NCBI GenBank assembly: GCA_026026165.1 | Contig: JAPEUD010000037.1 | Span: 1-64,000 of the forward strand | Reading direction: 5' to 3' | DNA length: 64,000 nt | DNA from: Sarea resinae | Lineage: Eukaryota | Part shown: positions 34,833 through 47,924 of the stretch, piece by piece | Layout: each line of letters begins with the position of its first letter | Position numbering within the stretch: the first letter of the stretch is position 1 | Made by a program: the position numbers and the translations under genes | The notes under the pieces: generated by a model | What the model was told of the DNA's origin: nothing | Database searches by the model: none | Seen by the model: the letters and a program-made list of their open reading frames with translations, nothing else

Positions 34833-36695
34833 ATGGACGAACCTCTCCCACCGGATCCATATGTTGTCCTGGGTGTAGACAAACATGCATCGTTGCCATC
34901 AATACGAAGCGCCTACCGGAAACTGGTCCTGACTTGTCATCCTGACAAGGTCCAAGATCCGACTTTGAAAGCGAAAAAGGTTGACGAGTTTCAACGAGTC
35001 CAACAAGCCTACGAGATACTCTCCGATGATCAGAAGCTCCAACAATACAAGGACCAGGTCAGACTGGCCGAGTTGAGGAGGGAGGTATTGGAGAGGCAAG
35101 GCAGTAGAGGTCCGCGAGTCGAAATACGAACGGCAGCTCCGCCTCCCGGATTCGACGCTCGGTCGAGTTCTGCACGCTACGAGCCGCCAAGGACGAGGTC
35201 TTATGAGTGGGAGGAAGAAGCGTCTTACTCTTCTCCGAGGTATGCAGAGGAGTCGCGAGCATCATCAAGAAAACATCCCGGTTACGATTCGACACACCCC
35301 AGGACGAGCCGTCCTACCGAGGAACGAAAAAGTAGCCGCGTTGCAGATGAGACTCGCTATCGGGAGACCAGAGAGCGCGTTTTCCGACGGGAGAGCGATC
35401 GGACAAGTCACGCCCAGAGCGATCGAAGAAGAACTCGCGAGAAGAGAAGAGACTACGACGACAAGTATGACGGAAGACATGATATTCACGTCGAAACCGA
35501 ATCCGAATCGGATGATGATCGGTACAGAAGAGACGACGAGTATCGACGCAAAGAAGAATACCGAGAGCCCCCCCGAAGGGAACCTCCGAGGAAGAAAGAA
35601 GAGGATTTCGGCGAAGCCATTGATCATAAGACTCGTGCCCACGAGGACGAGGCGCGAAATTACATTCTTCGTTCAAAAACTGCGGGAGCCGCCTATAGAA
35701 CGGTCCCTCATACAACCCAGTACTTTGATGCGAGGCGTAGTGAGCCGCCGCCACCTCGTGCGGAGCCGGCGAGACGAGCATCGACAAGGCGAACCCAGTC
35801 ACGAGATCGTGAACCCCCGCGAGAAGCTCCCCGTGAACGCAGTCGAGCAAGGTCAAGTACTCGAAAAGCTTCCGCCGATATCGTCGATCCTCCTCCAGTG
35901 CCGAAGATTCCACATCTGCATGCGTCGACATCGTCACCAGCCTCTATACCCGTTCCCGGAATGGCAAAGGGTCCCGCACCACCTCAGCGTTCTTCCACCA
36001 TGCACTACCCTGCTCGGGAGGCTCGGGAGCCACTTCAACGGTCGACAACAACACCGCTATCTACTTCTGGTATCCCCCCACGACGCTCCGAAGCAGTACC
36101 ATCTCCCACGACGAAGTTGAAGTCTCCTATTGAGCCCCATGACTCTGGGTATTCGAGCCCCGGAACGCCAGAGACACCACAAACAGCATCGGCGAAGCAA
36201 CCTCAGTACACAAAGTACATCTACCAAGATCCCGAAGATATGTCAAGTGGTCCCCGCATTGTCCCCGTCGACCCCGACTATCGTCGCCAGCGAAGTACTC
36301 CGGAGAGGCCGACTCTGACCACGCAAAGCTCATCGGCTTCTAAACATGGCGCCGGTCGTTCTGCCTCCTATGTCACAACGGCTTCATACTCTGCCGAGCC
36401 TCCTCCAACCTCGCGTCCGTCGGCACCAATGCCACGTCCGAAGACGACACGCGAAGTTCCGACCTCGTCTCGTCCAGAATCGGCTCGGCCGTCCGTCAGT
36501 CGCGTCGAATCGTCTACCAGTCGTACCCCAACCCGCCCATTGATGTCGAATGTCAGCTTCAGTCCTTCATACAGCGCCAAAGATGTCCTGTATACGTATG
36601 GGAATCCCCAAGATAGGGAAGATGTAGGCTATGGCCGGACTCATGCAGACATGTCTCGATCTCGAGGAGCATATCGAATGGAAACGATCCGATAG
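34833..36695 (+). CDS. DnaJ-domain protein with long charged, disordered C-terminus; intronless
   Basis: DPYVVLGV...IRSAYRKLVLTCHPDK...FQRVQQAYEILSD (J-domain with HPD). Confidence 0.9.
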   Translation: MDEPLPPDPYVVLGVDKHASLPSIRSAYRKLVLTCHPDKVQDPTLKAKKVDEFQRVQQAYEILSDDQKLQQYKDQVRLAELRREVLERQGSRGPRVEIRTAAPPPGFDARSSSARYEPPRTRSYEWEEEASYSSPRYAEESRASSRKHPGYDSTHPRTSRPTEERKSSRVADETRYRETRERVFRRESDRTSHAQSDRRRTREKRRDYDDKYDGRHDIHVETESESDDDRYRRDDEYRRKEEYREPPRREPPRKKEEDFGEAIDHKTRAHEDEARNYILRSKTAGAAYRTVPHTTQYFDARRSEPPPPRAEPARRASTRRTQSRDREPPREAPRERSRARSSTRKASADIVDPPPVPKIPHLHASTSSPASIPVPGMAKGPAPPQRSSTMHYPAREAREPLQRSTTTPLSTSGIPPRRSEAVPSPTTKLKSPIEPHDSGYSSPGTPETPQTASAKQPQYTKYIYQDPEDMSSGPRIVPVDPDYRRQRSTPERPTLTTQSSSASKHGAGRSASYVTTASYSAEPPPTSRPSAPMPRPKTTREVPTSSRPESARPSVSRVESSTSRTPTRPLMSNVSFSPSYSAKDVLYTYGNPQDREDVGYGRTHADMSRSRGAYRMETIR

Positions 36696-37821
36696 TATAT
36701 CATTTCATGGTGGCGTCACCTGGCTGTCTTTTTTCGAATGACAAGCAACGACACCTCTCATTGTATTTCTCATATTTGCCATCTATCTTTCGTAAGCGCA
36801 TTTCGCTTTGCATAAGCGCGTTTCGCTTTGCATCAAGCAGCTTTAGCATTGTCACTCATTCGCAGTCATTTTCAGCACAGTCTTTTTCTGGAGTTACTTC
36901 GGAGCAGAAGGATCTGGAAGGCAGACCAGACGGAAGGCAAGGAACGGTCTTAGGACTTAGGAAAGGGAGGGAACTGTGGGCTGGCTGGGACGTGTTGTCT
37001 CTACGACATGATGCTGATATATTATGACGCACTAGGCGCAGCGTATGGCAAATGGCATTTTTTATCTTCGGAATCTTTCTGATGAATGTAGTGCGTGATG
37101 AACGATAAGATGTCTACTCCCGAGTACAGTTTCGAGCCACTACGTAGGTACTTTGGACCCTGAGACCCTGAGACCCTGAGACCAGTTTTGTGGGTGCGGC
37201 TGGCTAAACCCATGTTCGCGGCCCACCATGGCTTACCCTGCGGCCGATGCCTAGACTAACCCGGAACAGCAATATAACATGGACTGCGGATTCACGACTC
37301 CAAAACACCACCGTCAACACGTCTGCTATCAGGCCCATCAGCGACACGTCCGTCGGCATGACGATCCGCCTGTATCGTAAAGGCTTTTCTTGTGTCTATA
37401 GAATCAGGTGGAGGATGTTGTACTGTACTGCACTATTCATACGACGGGTCTGTCGTCCTGACGATGCGTTCCTGCTTTCGTGGCAGGAGAAGTTCCGCCT
37501 GCTTCTTTTCTTCCGTCGCTGCCTAGGAACTTCTCTAGACAGACTCTACTGCTTGCTGTTCGTTCACTGGGTGCTCTTTCACGTACAAGTCTCAGAGTTT
37601 CCATGTTCACTTCGCTTCCTCGGGCAATCGTGTCAGGGTTGAAGTCCGATCCAGTTTCACTTCAGACTCGAGTACGCACACAAACAGCACACTTCAAAAG
37701 CCCCCTCTAATCGGTTTGCCTTTCTGCACCCCTGAAGATCTGTTGACGGAGGTGGTTAGGCCTACATCGCATTTACGAAACAACTAAGAGCTCGATAACG
37801 GCTAAGGCTATCGCTCTGGAA

Positions 37822-39469
37822 ATGAGTGCTGAACGTATCAATTCCGGGGCCGTTCAAGGAAGCCAAGGGCAAACTCTGCAGATAACCCTACGGCTGCTGA
37901 TATCCCTGCCTTCTCCAACGATCCCGCAAGCAGATCCGAGAGTGTTCGCTGGAATATATCTTCGTGCGTGATGCCTATCCCTTGATCTCCGGCTGAATGT
38001 GGTCGTCGCCTGAGCTCAATTAGAACAAGTCGGGAAGCTAACGCCAGATCAACTCTCAGCATATGAGAATACCTTTTTCTCATATCCAGAGTACAGCTAT
38101 GTGCTTGGACGCCGTGAGGAACCTCACTGGGAACGATTCCATGGAATCGCACTGGGTTTGCCGACCTTCTCATTCGGGTTTCGGAGGCGTTTCCCCCTTC
38201 AACGCCATCGATGGTTGCTCAGGAAGCTAACGCCGTGGGTTCGATCATCTAGCCGACGAAAATACGATTGTAGCCAGTGCTCCTCTGATTTCCTGCGTCC
38301 TAGGACCATCCAGGCTTAAGCAGGTGGGAGGCAACGTGTATGAAACGCTTGTGAGGTCGACATTTTCATCGCCCCCGCGCGTTGTGCGCGCACTGTTTAT
38401 CCTTACTCCTCAAGACAATCCAGCGGTAAGGCCTCTCCTGTACCTCCTAGGTGTACTGGGATATGAGCACATGAACCAAGCTAAACAGGTTCATCAGCCC
38501 TGGCCATGGACTCTTCAAACGGCTTCAGGATGGTCATCCCAGTCATCCCTCAATTTCCAGAGCTCGGCAGCGATGATGACAATCTTGCAAGATCTATTCT
38601 CCCAAAAAAATCATAAAAGGCAGATCTTAGGGCAAGTATGTTCCCCAGGACGCTCCAGCCTTCACCAGCTTTCCCATGTCTCATCCAAGAGCGTCTAGAA
38701 GATGGCTCGTCAAACACTCCTGCTGACATTTTTGGGATACTCAAAGCAGGCTCTGCTCGAAGAGTCGAACGAAGATGAGGGCGGCACCATGAATGAGAAG
38801 GGAAACGGAGAGTCAGACGGCGATGGAATGGATGGCGATAGCGTAATGACGGACCTCCCAGACAACGGCAATGAAGATGACGTCGCAGAGGAAGAAATTC
38901 AGTACGACAGCGAAGATCCGGATAGGACGATCAGCGACGCCTCCTTGTGCGGCGAAAAAGACGATGAAGGAGAAACAAATGGCGAGGATGGGCTGTCGGC
39001 GGCGTCCGTCCCAGCCTCCCCGACTCCGGAAACTCCGGAACGATTCATGGTAACGCGAGGACAATGGGATGCGGCCCAAACCCTTGCCTACCGACAAGGA
39101 GCTCTTGATAAAGCAAACCGGATGATCAATGCTCTGAGAGCTGATAATGAGGCCAATGGCCGGGCTCATGTGCCTCCCACACCGGCGGGTTACATCGATC
39201 CACAGCAGCCGACAAGTACCATACCGGCCCGCTCACGCACGCCTACTTCTATGTTCGCCGTACCGTCGCACAGAGAGAGGAATGCCCAGACCCCGTTCAT
39301 CCCGGTCGGCTTTGATGAAGCTGGTAGTCCACCCGTCACTCCTACTCCACTTCCCAGCAATGTCCGAGGACGAAGTGCTATGCTTGCTGCCCAGCGGCGG
39401 GAGCGCTCCAGAAGTCACCAGGGATCTGACCATGGTACCAGTGGAGGAGCATCTCGTTCATCTCGTTAG
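37822..39469 (+). CDS. Hypothetical (orphan-like) protein, 5 predicted exons, acidic and Pro/Ser/Thr-rich C-terminus
   Basis: Four GT-AG introns (donors GTGCGT, GTGAGG, GTAAGG, GTATGT; three with GCTAA branch points) join an uninterrupted frame from ATG 37822 to the 38702-39469 ORF. Confidence 0.6.
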
Positions 39470-39664
39470 TCTTAATTACCTGTCGAGAGACTTGGTCGGC
39501 GTTTGGCGGACGATGCTGCTGAGGAGGGTCTTGCACCAAGCGCCTTGACTATACCGCGGTCGTTGGTATAGCGATAGTTTTCTTCTCAAGTCCAACCATG
39601 GCAGCTCAGTCATTTGTTTGACAGAGACAATTTTGCCTCTCTCTCACACGCGCTTTTTTCTATC

Positions 39665-39739
39665 TCGAGCGAGGCTTTTCCGTCTCGGTTTACTGTTTCT
39701 TTCATCGAGCGAGGCTTTTCCGTCTCGGTTTATTGTTTC
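39665..39739 (+). repeat. Approx. 35-bp direct repeat, 2 copies, 40-bp period
   Basis: TCGAGCGAGGCTTTTCCGTCTCGGTTTA(C/T)TGTTTC at 39665 and 39705. Confidence 0.9.
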
Positions 39740-40049
39740 ACACGAAGCGGATGCCCTACTTTGACTGCTACTACCGCGATCGAGCTCTCTCGTGGCATGG
39801 TAGTAGGGAACCGCTCTTCGTCTGGTCCATGCGATATCCGTCTCCTTTATTTTCTCAGTTTCGACCGGCGCTAGATGTATGTGTGCTTATTCATCGATGA
39901 GATGGATGGGTGACGGAATGTATCGAGTAGTCGCGTAATAATTCTTTCTTTTCTCTTCTCTTTGTCTCGTTCGTTCGTCCTAGCTAGTGATATATAAAAA
40001 TTCATAAAACTCTCTCTTCTTCGTTGATGATATGTGAGACGTGACGTGA

Positions 40050-40906
40050 CACATGATATTATTCTCCCCCCCTTTCCTTTCTCCCTTTCCCCACTTTCCC
40101 ACTCTCTCTTCCCCTTTCCCCTCTTCCATCTTCCCTCTTCCATTTCCCCTCACTTCCATCACGCTCGATGAGCAGTCTGTGACGCTCTCGATGGATGAAT
40201 CGGTCGGTCGGTCGGTCTGTCAGACAAACTCGACGGTGTCGCTCTTCTGGTGTATAGAGTATGTGAGTAGTGTGACTACTAAGTAAGTAGGTGGATAGGT
40301 AAGGTAGTGTAGGTAGATAGTGTAGGTAGATAGCGTAGGAACGGGCGGGACAGAGATATGTATGTATGTACGTATGTATGTATGTATGTATGTATGTATG
40401 TATGTATGTGCGTATGTGCGTTCATTGCTTGGGACGATATATACGGTTCTACTCTAGACACGGTTCGAGAGCCATAGAGAAATCATATATCTACACTGTA
40501 CTACAGCACACGAACAGAAAGGAGAGAAAGGAGAGAAAGGAGAGAAAGGAGAGAAAGGAGAGGATGAGAGGCGAGAGGTGAGAGGTAATACTACTCTGTA
40601 GGTACACCTGAGCTGGGGAATGGGAAACAATAGGTGATGACGATAAGGATGACGATGGTGATAGTAAACGTGATAGTGAACGTGATAGTGAGATAGTGAT
40701 GAGAGAGTGATGATAGTGATGATGGTAATAGATGATGATAGTAATAGTGAGGACAACAGTGATGTTGATAGTGATGGTAAATTGTATGTACTTGATCTAC
40801 CCCGTCCTGTTCCCCTGCTCCGTCCTATGACATCCTACCCTAACCTATCCCGTCGTGTTCTCCTGCTCCGTCCCGTCCCGTCCTATCTGCCACTCCTTCT
40901 CCCTCG

Positions 40907-40948
<42 letters not shown>

Positions 40949-41345
40949 CTTTCCCTTGATCAAGATATCTCAGCCTCAGCCTCCGGTGGAGTGGGGTGAA
41001 ATACGATACGATACGATGGCGTACATGGACGCGATTACCCAGTTACATTTGAAGAGTCGTGATTCCGACTGTAACTGTAACCACGGCACGAGAGACGGGA
41101 GAGAGAGACAATAGAGTCGATGCCATGGATGGAGACAGGGGAGGGAAGAGGGGGGAGTGAGGGGTTCAGGATCGAGGAGGATTGAGGATGAGGATCGAGG
41201 ATGAGGATCGAGGATGAGGATCGAGGAGGATCGAGGAGGATGAGAGAGGATAGGAGAGAGGATAGGAGACAGGATAGGAGAGAGGATAGGACAGAAGATA
41301 GGGGATAGGAGAGAGCATAGGGGATAGGGGATAGAGAGGGGGAAG
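40050..41345. repeat. Microsatellite / low-complexity block: (TATG)n, (GGAGAGAAA)4, (CT)n, (GAGGAT)n, (AGAGGATAGG)n
   Basis: Visible tandem repeats, TpA-rich, between convergent genes. Confidence 0.88.
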
Positions 41346-41358
41346 TCTCTGGGCGCGT

Positions 41359-43461
41359 TTATAAGAGGACGTAGAGCGCGCAGATCTGTAATTAGTTGAT
41401 GAGTTAGCTTGGACTTTGGGAGGGAGGTGGGGAACGAGAAGAAGTGGATGGAGCAGAAGCAGAGGAAGGAGAAGTGGCTGTCATGCGGAAGAAGTGAATA
41501 TAAAGAGAGGGGGAAAGGAGAGTTGGGCGAATGGAGGGATGGATGGAGGGAATGAGAGTTGGGTGGATGGAGGAGAAAGACCAAAAACGCACCATGGATA
41601 GACCCAGAATCATGGAGATCCAGAAACACACATTCTACGCATCACCCATATTAGCTATGGCTCTCGATAATGCCCGTCATCCACCCCCTCCCATCTCTCT
41701 CCCGGGACAGCATAACTCACATTGAAAGTCTTCCTTCCCCGGACCCACCGCGTGCGCTGAATCATGACAATGGGCAGCTGCATCATCTGGGCCAGGAACC
41801 CATAGCCGCGCACCTTTTTGCTGATGCAGCCCATGACCAGCTCGTGCCCGACGGCCGAGATGAAGAATGTGATGATGGTCGCCGTGCGGCGGCCAACGTG
41901 CGGCCGCGACGCCGAGTACACGTGCCGCCGGAAAAAGTGGTGCACGGGAATGTTCCACTCGCGCGAGAACTCGAGCCAGTCGGTGCTGTTCCACCAGTCG
42001 GCGTAGAAATGGCGGTCGGCGAAGCCTGTGGACATGTCAGTCAGGCAGAGAGAAAGGAGGGGAGAAACAAACAGGTGATTTCGGCAAAAGCACCCAGCAC
42101 GTATTCGAAGATGACCAGGAACGTCAACAGAAACGAAACCATGAACGGGAATAAGAGCATGTTGATCGTCTCGGCCAGGATCAGGCCCCTCTCCGTGAGC
42201 TTCCTCGTCCGGGCCAGGCGGATGGCCGATTCGTCCAGCACGGGCGTGATGAACTCTTCGCTCGTGACCGTCAGCAGAAAAATGCAGCCGAAGACGGCGA
42301 GAGACTTCCAGAGCAGCTCGCTCCAGCGGGTCCCCGGCGTGCGCGGGTACTCGAGCTCGTAGCACAAGGTCGGGCACAGAATGTAGTCGATGTAGTTGCC
42401 CGCCGTCAGGTTTTGCGGGTACGTCACCCGGCCGAGGGGAGACGTCAGTTCCATGGCGAGGTCTTCGCGCAGTTGGGCGATCGCCTCTGCGTCGTCGTCG
42501 TCGTCGTCGTCCGACGCGCCCGTGTGGTTGTCTATTTCGGTGTCCTTGATGTCCATTTCTTTCTCTTTGACCGCGTCGACGTCCGTGCCAGAGCTGGGGT
42601 AGTGCACTGCCGCGATGGAGTCGGGCTTTGTTTCCGGGTGGTCGAGGCTGGAGAGGTGCCGTTGGGTTTCCGACAGGTGGCCGTTGTAGAAAGCCCAGGA
42701 GTGCATCTTCATGAGCAACGTCAGGGTGTGCAGGGTGAAGAAGACCTGGGCCGTCCAGGTCCAGTGCAGTCGGAACGGCAGGTCGACCCAGAGGAGCAGC
42801 CAAGCGGCTTGGTAGATGCTCTGCACCCATCTGCCCCCCTTTCGCCATTGCAGCCAGCCACGGCTATTCCGAAAGATGGAGTGCAGCGGCAGGCTCACGG
42901 CCGTACTGGCGACCATCAACCCATCGCTGATGAACAATGCCCGGATGTCCGGCGTGAACAAGCTCCACACCCGCCCGCGGATCGGCCAGCCTGTATCCTC
43001 GAGGTTCCGTGCCATCGTCGTCACCACCATGATAGCCAGGCCGATCCAGAACAGCGCAAAGAAGCCGTGAAAGTCTCGATAGTCGCTATCGGGATCGAAA
43101 TGTGACACGCGCGCCGTGTATTCGATGGTGGGGAAGAGACGGCGCTTCTGCTGGGCGCGCAGCTGTTTTCGCGCCGACGAGATGGACTGAGCCGACGGGG
43201 GGGCATCGACGGGCAGGGGCGTCGAGGTGCCGCTGTTCTGGTCAGCTAGGATTTCCTGAAACGGGATACAATCAAATCAGACCTCGAGAGCGCCGAATTC
43301 GATGCATCGAGATAGCCATTATGCTTGAGGCCCGAGCCCAGGTCCTCGCCTTGGGCTCGGGCTATTTGCGGATTGCTGGGCAGCTTGATGTTGTTACGCA
43401 GCCGGACGAGGTTCTCGGCATCGTCGGTCAACGACGACGACGTCTGGGCCGACGTCGACAT
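41359..43461 (-). CDS. ARE2: Sterol O-acyltransferase (Are1/Are2/ACAT, MBOAT family), 5 exons
   Basis: SHFDPDSDYRDFHGF, LLMKMHSWAFYNG, PTLCYELEYPRT, FAEITC/FADRHFYADWWNS, WNIPVHHF, SAVGHE (catalytic His), last exon ICALYVLL*. Confidence 0.93.
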
Positions 43462-44569
43462 GGCGAAGAGGTTTGCAGGTGAAGCTGAGGAGACGGTCAG
43501 GTCGTCTCTTTGCTGCTGCCCCGAAATGGAGGCATGGACATGAACAATTCGAGCTCCAAGCCTCCAAGTGGGTCAGACCACCACGGTTTACGAGTACCAG
43601 GCCAGGGTGTGGCTATTTTATCTTATCGGCTCGGCGCCGAAGGCTGTTGAGCTTGACTTGGCAGAGAATTTGTGAATGTCAACGGATCATGAAAGAGGAT
43701 AGGACTCGGCAAGCCATGCTGGAGGGGAGCCAAGAAAGAGAGGGACGGCAGGTTCATGGAGGTTGGAGGAGTGCAGGTCATCTTGTTTGGCCGTTTGCCC
43801 ATTTCCCCATCTCCCCATCTTCTACGCGTGAACGGCATGGCGGGCACGACCTAGAACTGCCCGGTATGACGGTATGGCACCGCTAGACCCAACTGACTGG
43901 ATGGATGGCAGCTCCAGCTCCAGCTGCCAGTGGGCGAGGGACGGGGACAGTACCGGGTAACAAGTACAGCGTACAGCGTACAGCCTTACGTAGACATCGA
44001 CGCGGTGGCTGTGGCTGAGCCGTGCGCGCGAGGCGTGTGGCTTGACCACGAGCCGTGAACGCATCAGGGGGACAAGCAAGAAGACACGGGGACACGGCCC
44101 AAGCACGGAAGGGGACCCATTGGGCATCTTCTGAGCAGAAGCTGCATGTCGTCTCTGGTGAATTCGATGGGAACGGAATGCCTTTCGGGGCTGCAACCCA
44201 CGAGAGGGAGAATGATCCGAGTCATGATGGCACCGTAAGGGGAAGGCTTCGGGGGAGTGCGGGAGACGAAGCAGACCATACAGACAAGGGCATCGATGTG
44301 CCATCGGGTGCACCGTACCGCGTAGTCCACTACGGCATCCCACGCAATCAAGTACCGCGGGCGGTCGTGCTGCTTTGCTGCGTTGTGATGAGAGATGAGA
44401 GATGAGAACAACGACGACGATTGCCTCCATCACGACTTCCCCTCGACCGCCGTCAGACCAGACTCATCCTTTCCCTTGGTCGTACCGCTCCCAGACGGCC
44501 TCATCCTCGCCTCTCCATCACTGATCCCATCGTTGCGTCCGCCCCATTGGGGCCCATGAGATCACCACC

Positions 44570-47447
44570 ATGAGCTCTTGTACCTCTCACTCTCCTGATG
44601 CCCGACCTCAATAAAGAGAGGCCCTCTGCTAACGCGAATCCCACCCACAGTGAAGCAATTCATTCGCAATGTGCGCGCCGCCAAGACCATTGCGGACGAA
44701 CGGGCCGTGGTGCAAAAGGAGAGTGCCGCCATCCGAGCCAGCTTTCGAGAGGAGAGCGGGGACTCGAATCGAAGGTATGCCCCTCCAGGCAGCACCTCGA
44801 GCGGCTGGATGCTGACCGTGCCAGACGGAACAATGTCGCCAAACTCTTATATCTCTTTACCTTGGGAGAGCGGACGCATTTTGGTCAGATAGAATGTCTA
44901 AAATTGCTGGCATCTCCCCGCTTCGCAGACAAGCGTTTAGGATACCTTGGAACGATGCTGTTGCTGGACGAGAACCAGGAAGTGCTCACGCTCGTGACGA
45001 ATTCATTGAAGAAGTATGTCCTCCGTATCCAGCGAGTGAGTAAGACGCTGACAGGTTAGCGACCTCAATCACTCAAATCAATATGTCGTCGGCCTTGCCC
45101 TCTGCACCCTTGGCAACATCGCCTCGATCGAAATGTCTCGAGATCTCTTCCCCGAAATCGAGAACCTCTTATCCACGGCAAACCCCTACATTCGTCGGAA
45201 AGCGGCCATTTGCGCGATGAGAATATGCCGAAAGGTGCCAGATCTGCAGGAGCATTTCATCGAAAAGGCCAAGCTACTCCTATCGGATCGCAATCATGGG
45301 GTCTTGCTCTGCGGTCTGACTCTCGTCACAAGTATGTGCGAGGCAGATGAAGCCGAGGGCGGTGAGGAGGGAATAGTCGAGATGTTTAGGCCTTTGACGG
45401 GCGGTCTTGTCAAGACGCTCAAAGGGCTGACCAGCTCTGGATATGCTCCCGAACACGACGTCGCAGGCATTACCGATCCATTCTTGCAGGTCAAACTATT
45501 GAGACTTCTGAGGGTATTGGGACGTGGGGATCCCCAAACGAGTGAACGAATTAATGATATCCTAGCGCAGGTATGCTTGAAATGTTCACTTGGTGATTGT
45601 TGCTGATCGTCCAGGTTGCTACAAACACCGACTCATCCAAGAATGTCGGCAATTCCATCCTTTACGAAGCCGTTCTCACCATCCTCGACATTGAGGCCGA
45701 TTCAGGTCTGCGCGTACTTGGTGTCAACATCCTCGGCAAATTTCTCTCGAACAAAGATAACAACATCCGCTATGTGGCGCTTAATACGCTCATCAAGGTC
45801 GTCGCCGTGGAGCCGAACGCCGTCCAACGACACCGAAACACGATCCTGGACTGTCTCAGAGATCCGGATATCAGCATTCGACGACGGGCGCTCGATTTAA
45901 GCTTTACTCTCATCAATGAAAGCAATGTTCGGGTGTTGATTCGAGAACTGCTCGCGTTCCTCGAGGTTGCGGACAACGAATTCAAGCCAGTCATGACGAG
46001 TCAGATAGGAATCGCTGCGGACCGGTTCGCTCCGAATAAGCGATGGCATGTGGACACGATGCTAAGAGTGCTGAAATTGGTGAGTCTCCCGTGCATTGCA
46101 TACTCGCAGCTCTGACTATCCAGGCCGGAAACTTTGTCAAGGAGCAGATTCTGTCGTCCTTTGTCCGTCTCATCGCCACAACCCCAGATCTCCAAACCTA
46201 TTCTGTTCAGAAACTCTACGCCAACTTAAAGGCGGACATCACACAGGAAGGCCTCACACTTGCCGGAGCATGGGTCATCGGCGAGTATGGCGACTCTCTA
46301 CTCCGTGGCGGGCAATACGAGGAAGAAGAACTCGTTCGAGAGGTCAAGGAGAGCGACATTGTCGACCTCTTCCTCACCATTCTCAACAGTAGTTATGCCA
46401 CTCAAGTCGTCACGGAATACATCATCACTTCATCTATGAAGCTCACTACACGACTCTCCGATCCAGCACAAATTGATCGACTACGCAGATTGATGACCAG
46501 CAACGGCACCAATCTGGACATTGAGATTCAGCAGCGAGCTGTCGAATACGGCAACCTCTTTGGCTATGACCAGATCAGAAAGGGGGTGCTCGAGAAGATG
46601 CCGCCGCCAGAGATCCGCGAAGAACAGAGAGTTCTGGGTGAAGCAACGAACAAGCGCCAGTCTAGAGTCGTGTCAAAATCAAAAAAGCCGGCCAAGCAAA
46701 CGGAACAAGATATGTTACTCGATCTGATGGGTGGTTCCGACCTTCCAGCTCCAGATCTCAGTTCTACCATCAATGGCTCTCAAAACAATGCGGACCTACT
46801 CGCGGATATTTTGGGAGGCGGAAACTCCATCTCCTCTCCTCCGCCGCAAACTACATCGCCTCCTCCAAACGGCCAACACCCATCCAAATCAAATGTCAGC
46901 TCAATTCTCGACCTCTTCGACACCCCCAGCGCCACCTCGACTCCGCCCCCCCCTCAAGTGGCTCCATCAGCCTCCAATGATCTCTTCAGCGGTCTTTCAT
47001 CTCCCGCTCCAATGGCAACCCCGCCGCCATCTTCCGGTCCCGGGGGTGGTGCTCACGAAGCCTATAACAAAAACGACTTTTACATCACGTTACAAGTGCA
47101 GCGCAACCAGGGTGCCGCGCAGATTCTCGCCCGTTTCCGCAACACCAGCAACTTTTCGCGCTTCACAGCTGTAGGCTTGCAAGCTGCCGTACCGAAAACA
47201 CAGAAGCTGCAACTACAAGCTATCAGTAGTGCCGAGCTTGACGCCGGACAGGAGGCTACCCAGCAGATGCGTGTAACGGGGGTCAACGGCGTAAGTCTTT
47301 TCCTCTCCACAAATAACGTGACAAGCTGACCGGCCAACCACTTAGCCACCCCCATCCAAGCTGCGTCTCCGTCTGAAGGTCAGCTATACAAAGGACGACG
47401 CGGCACACGTGACGGAACAGGTTGACTGGTCGGAGCCATCGTCGTAA
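44570..47447 (+). CDS. APL4: AP-1 adaptor complex gamma subunit, 7 exons
   Basis: [78 protein letters not shown], ear domain [13 protein letters not shown]. Confidence 0.96.
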
Positions 47448-47924
47448 AGCGTTTCGTTGTCGTTGTCATTGATGACTACTCCGGGCGTACTTGTTCCTTC
47501 TTGCATTTCGCACCCTTACCTCCTAGCTGTCTGTACGCCCTAGCTGGCATGTAGTCATCTAGGTACATAAGCATCGCCTGCATCCAGCAGCGCTCCTCTC
47601 GTCTCCCACTTAGATGGAGGGGGGAGGACGATGTGGGTTATATCAATGATAGCGGTTTTGCGTTCGAACTTTCTTCCCTCTTTCATTCAACTCAAGATCA
47701 ACCTTCGAGAGAGATGTTGTATCGAGACATCGCCCATATCAACGTTGGTGTTTCGCATATTTGACGAGGCGTCCTGGACGCCTTGAAAATAGTCAGGAAA
47801 TCTCTGGCTGGATATGATTGACTTCGAACCGCATTCCCGCAAGGCTGAAAAAATGCCGAGGGTGCATACTGTAGTACATGGAATAGAAGAACGGGCGGTA
47901 GTGAGTGGATTGGTAGCTGGAATC

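Noticed and set aside
39665..39739. CRISPR-like repeat
   Set aside because: Eukaryotic context, two copies, ~5-bp spacer, no cas genes.
41655..43105. 397-aa and 230-aa ORFs overlapping the sterol acyltransferase
   Set aside because: Off-frame or antisense shadows; only the last part of the 397-aa ORF is a true exon.
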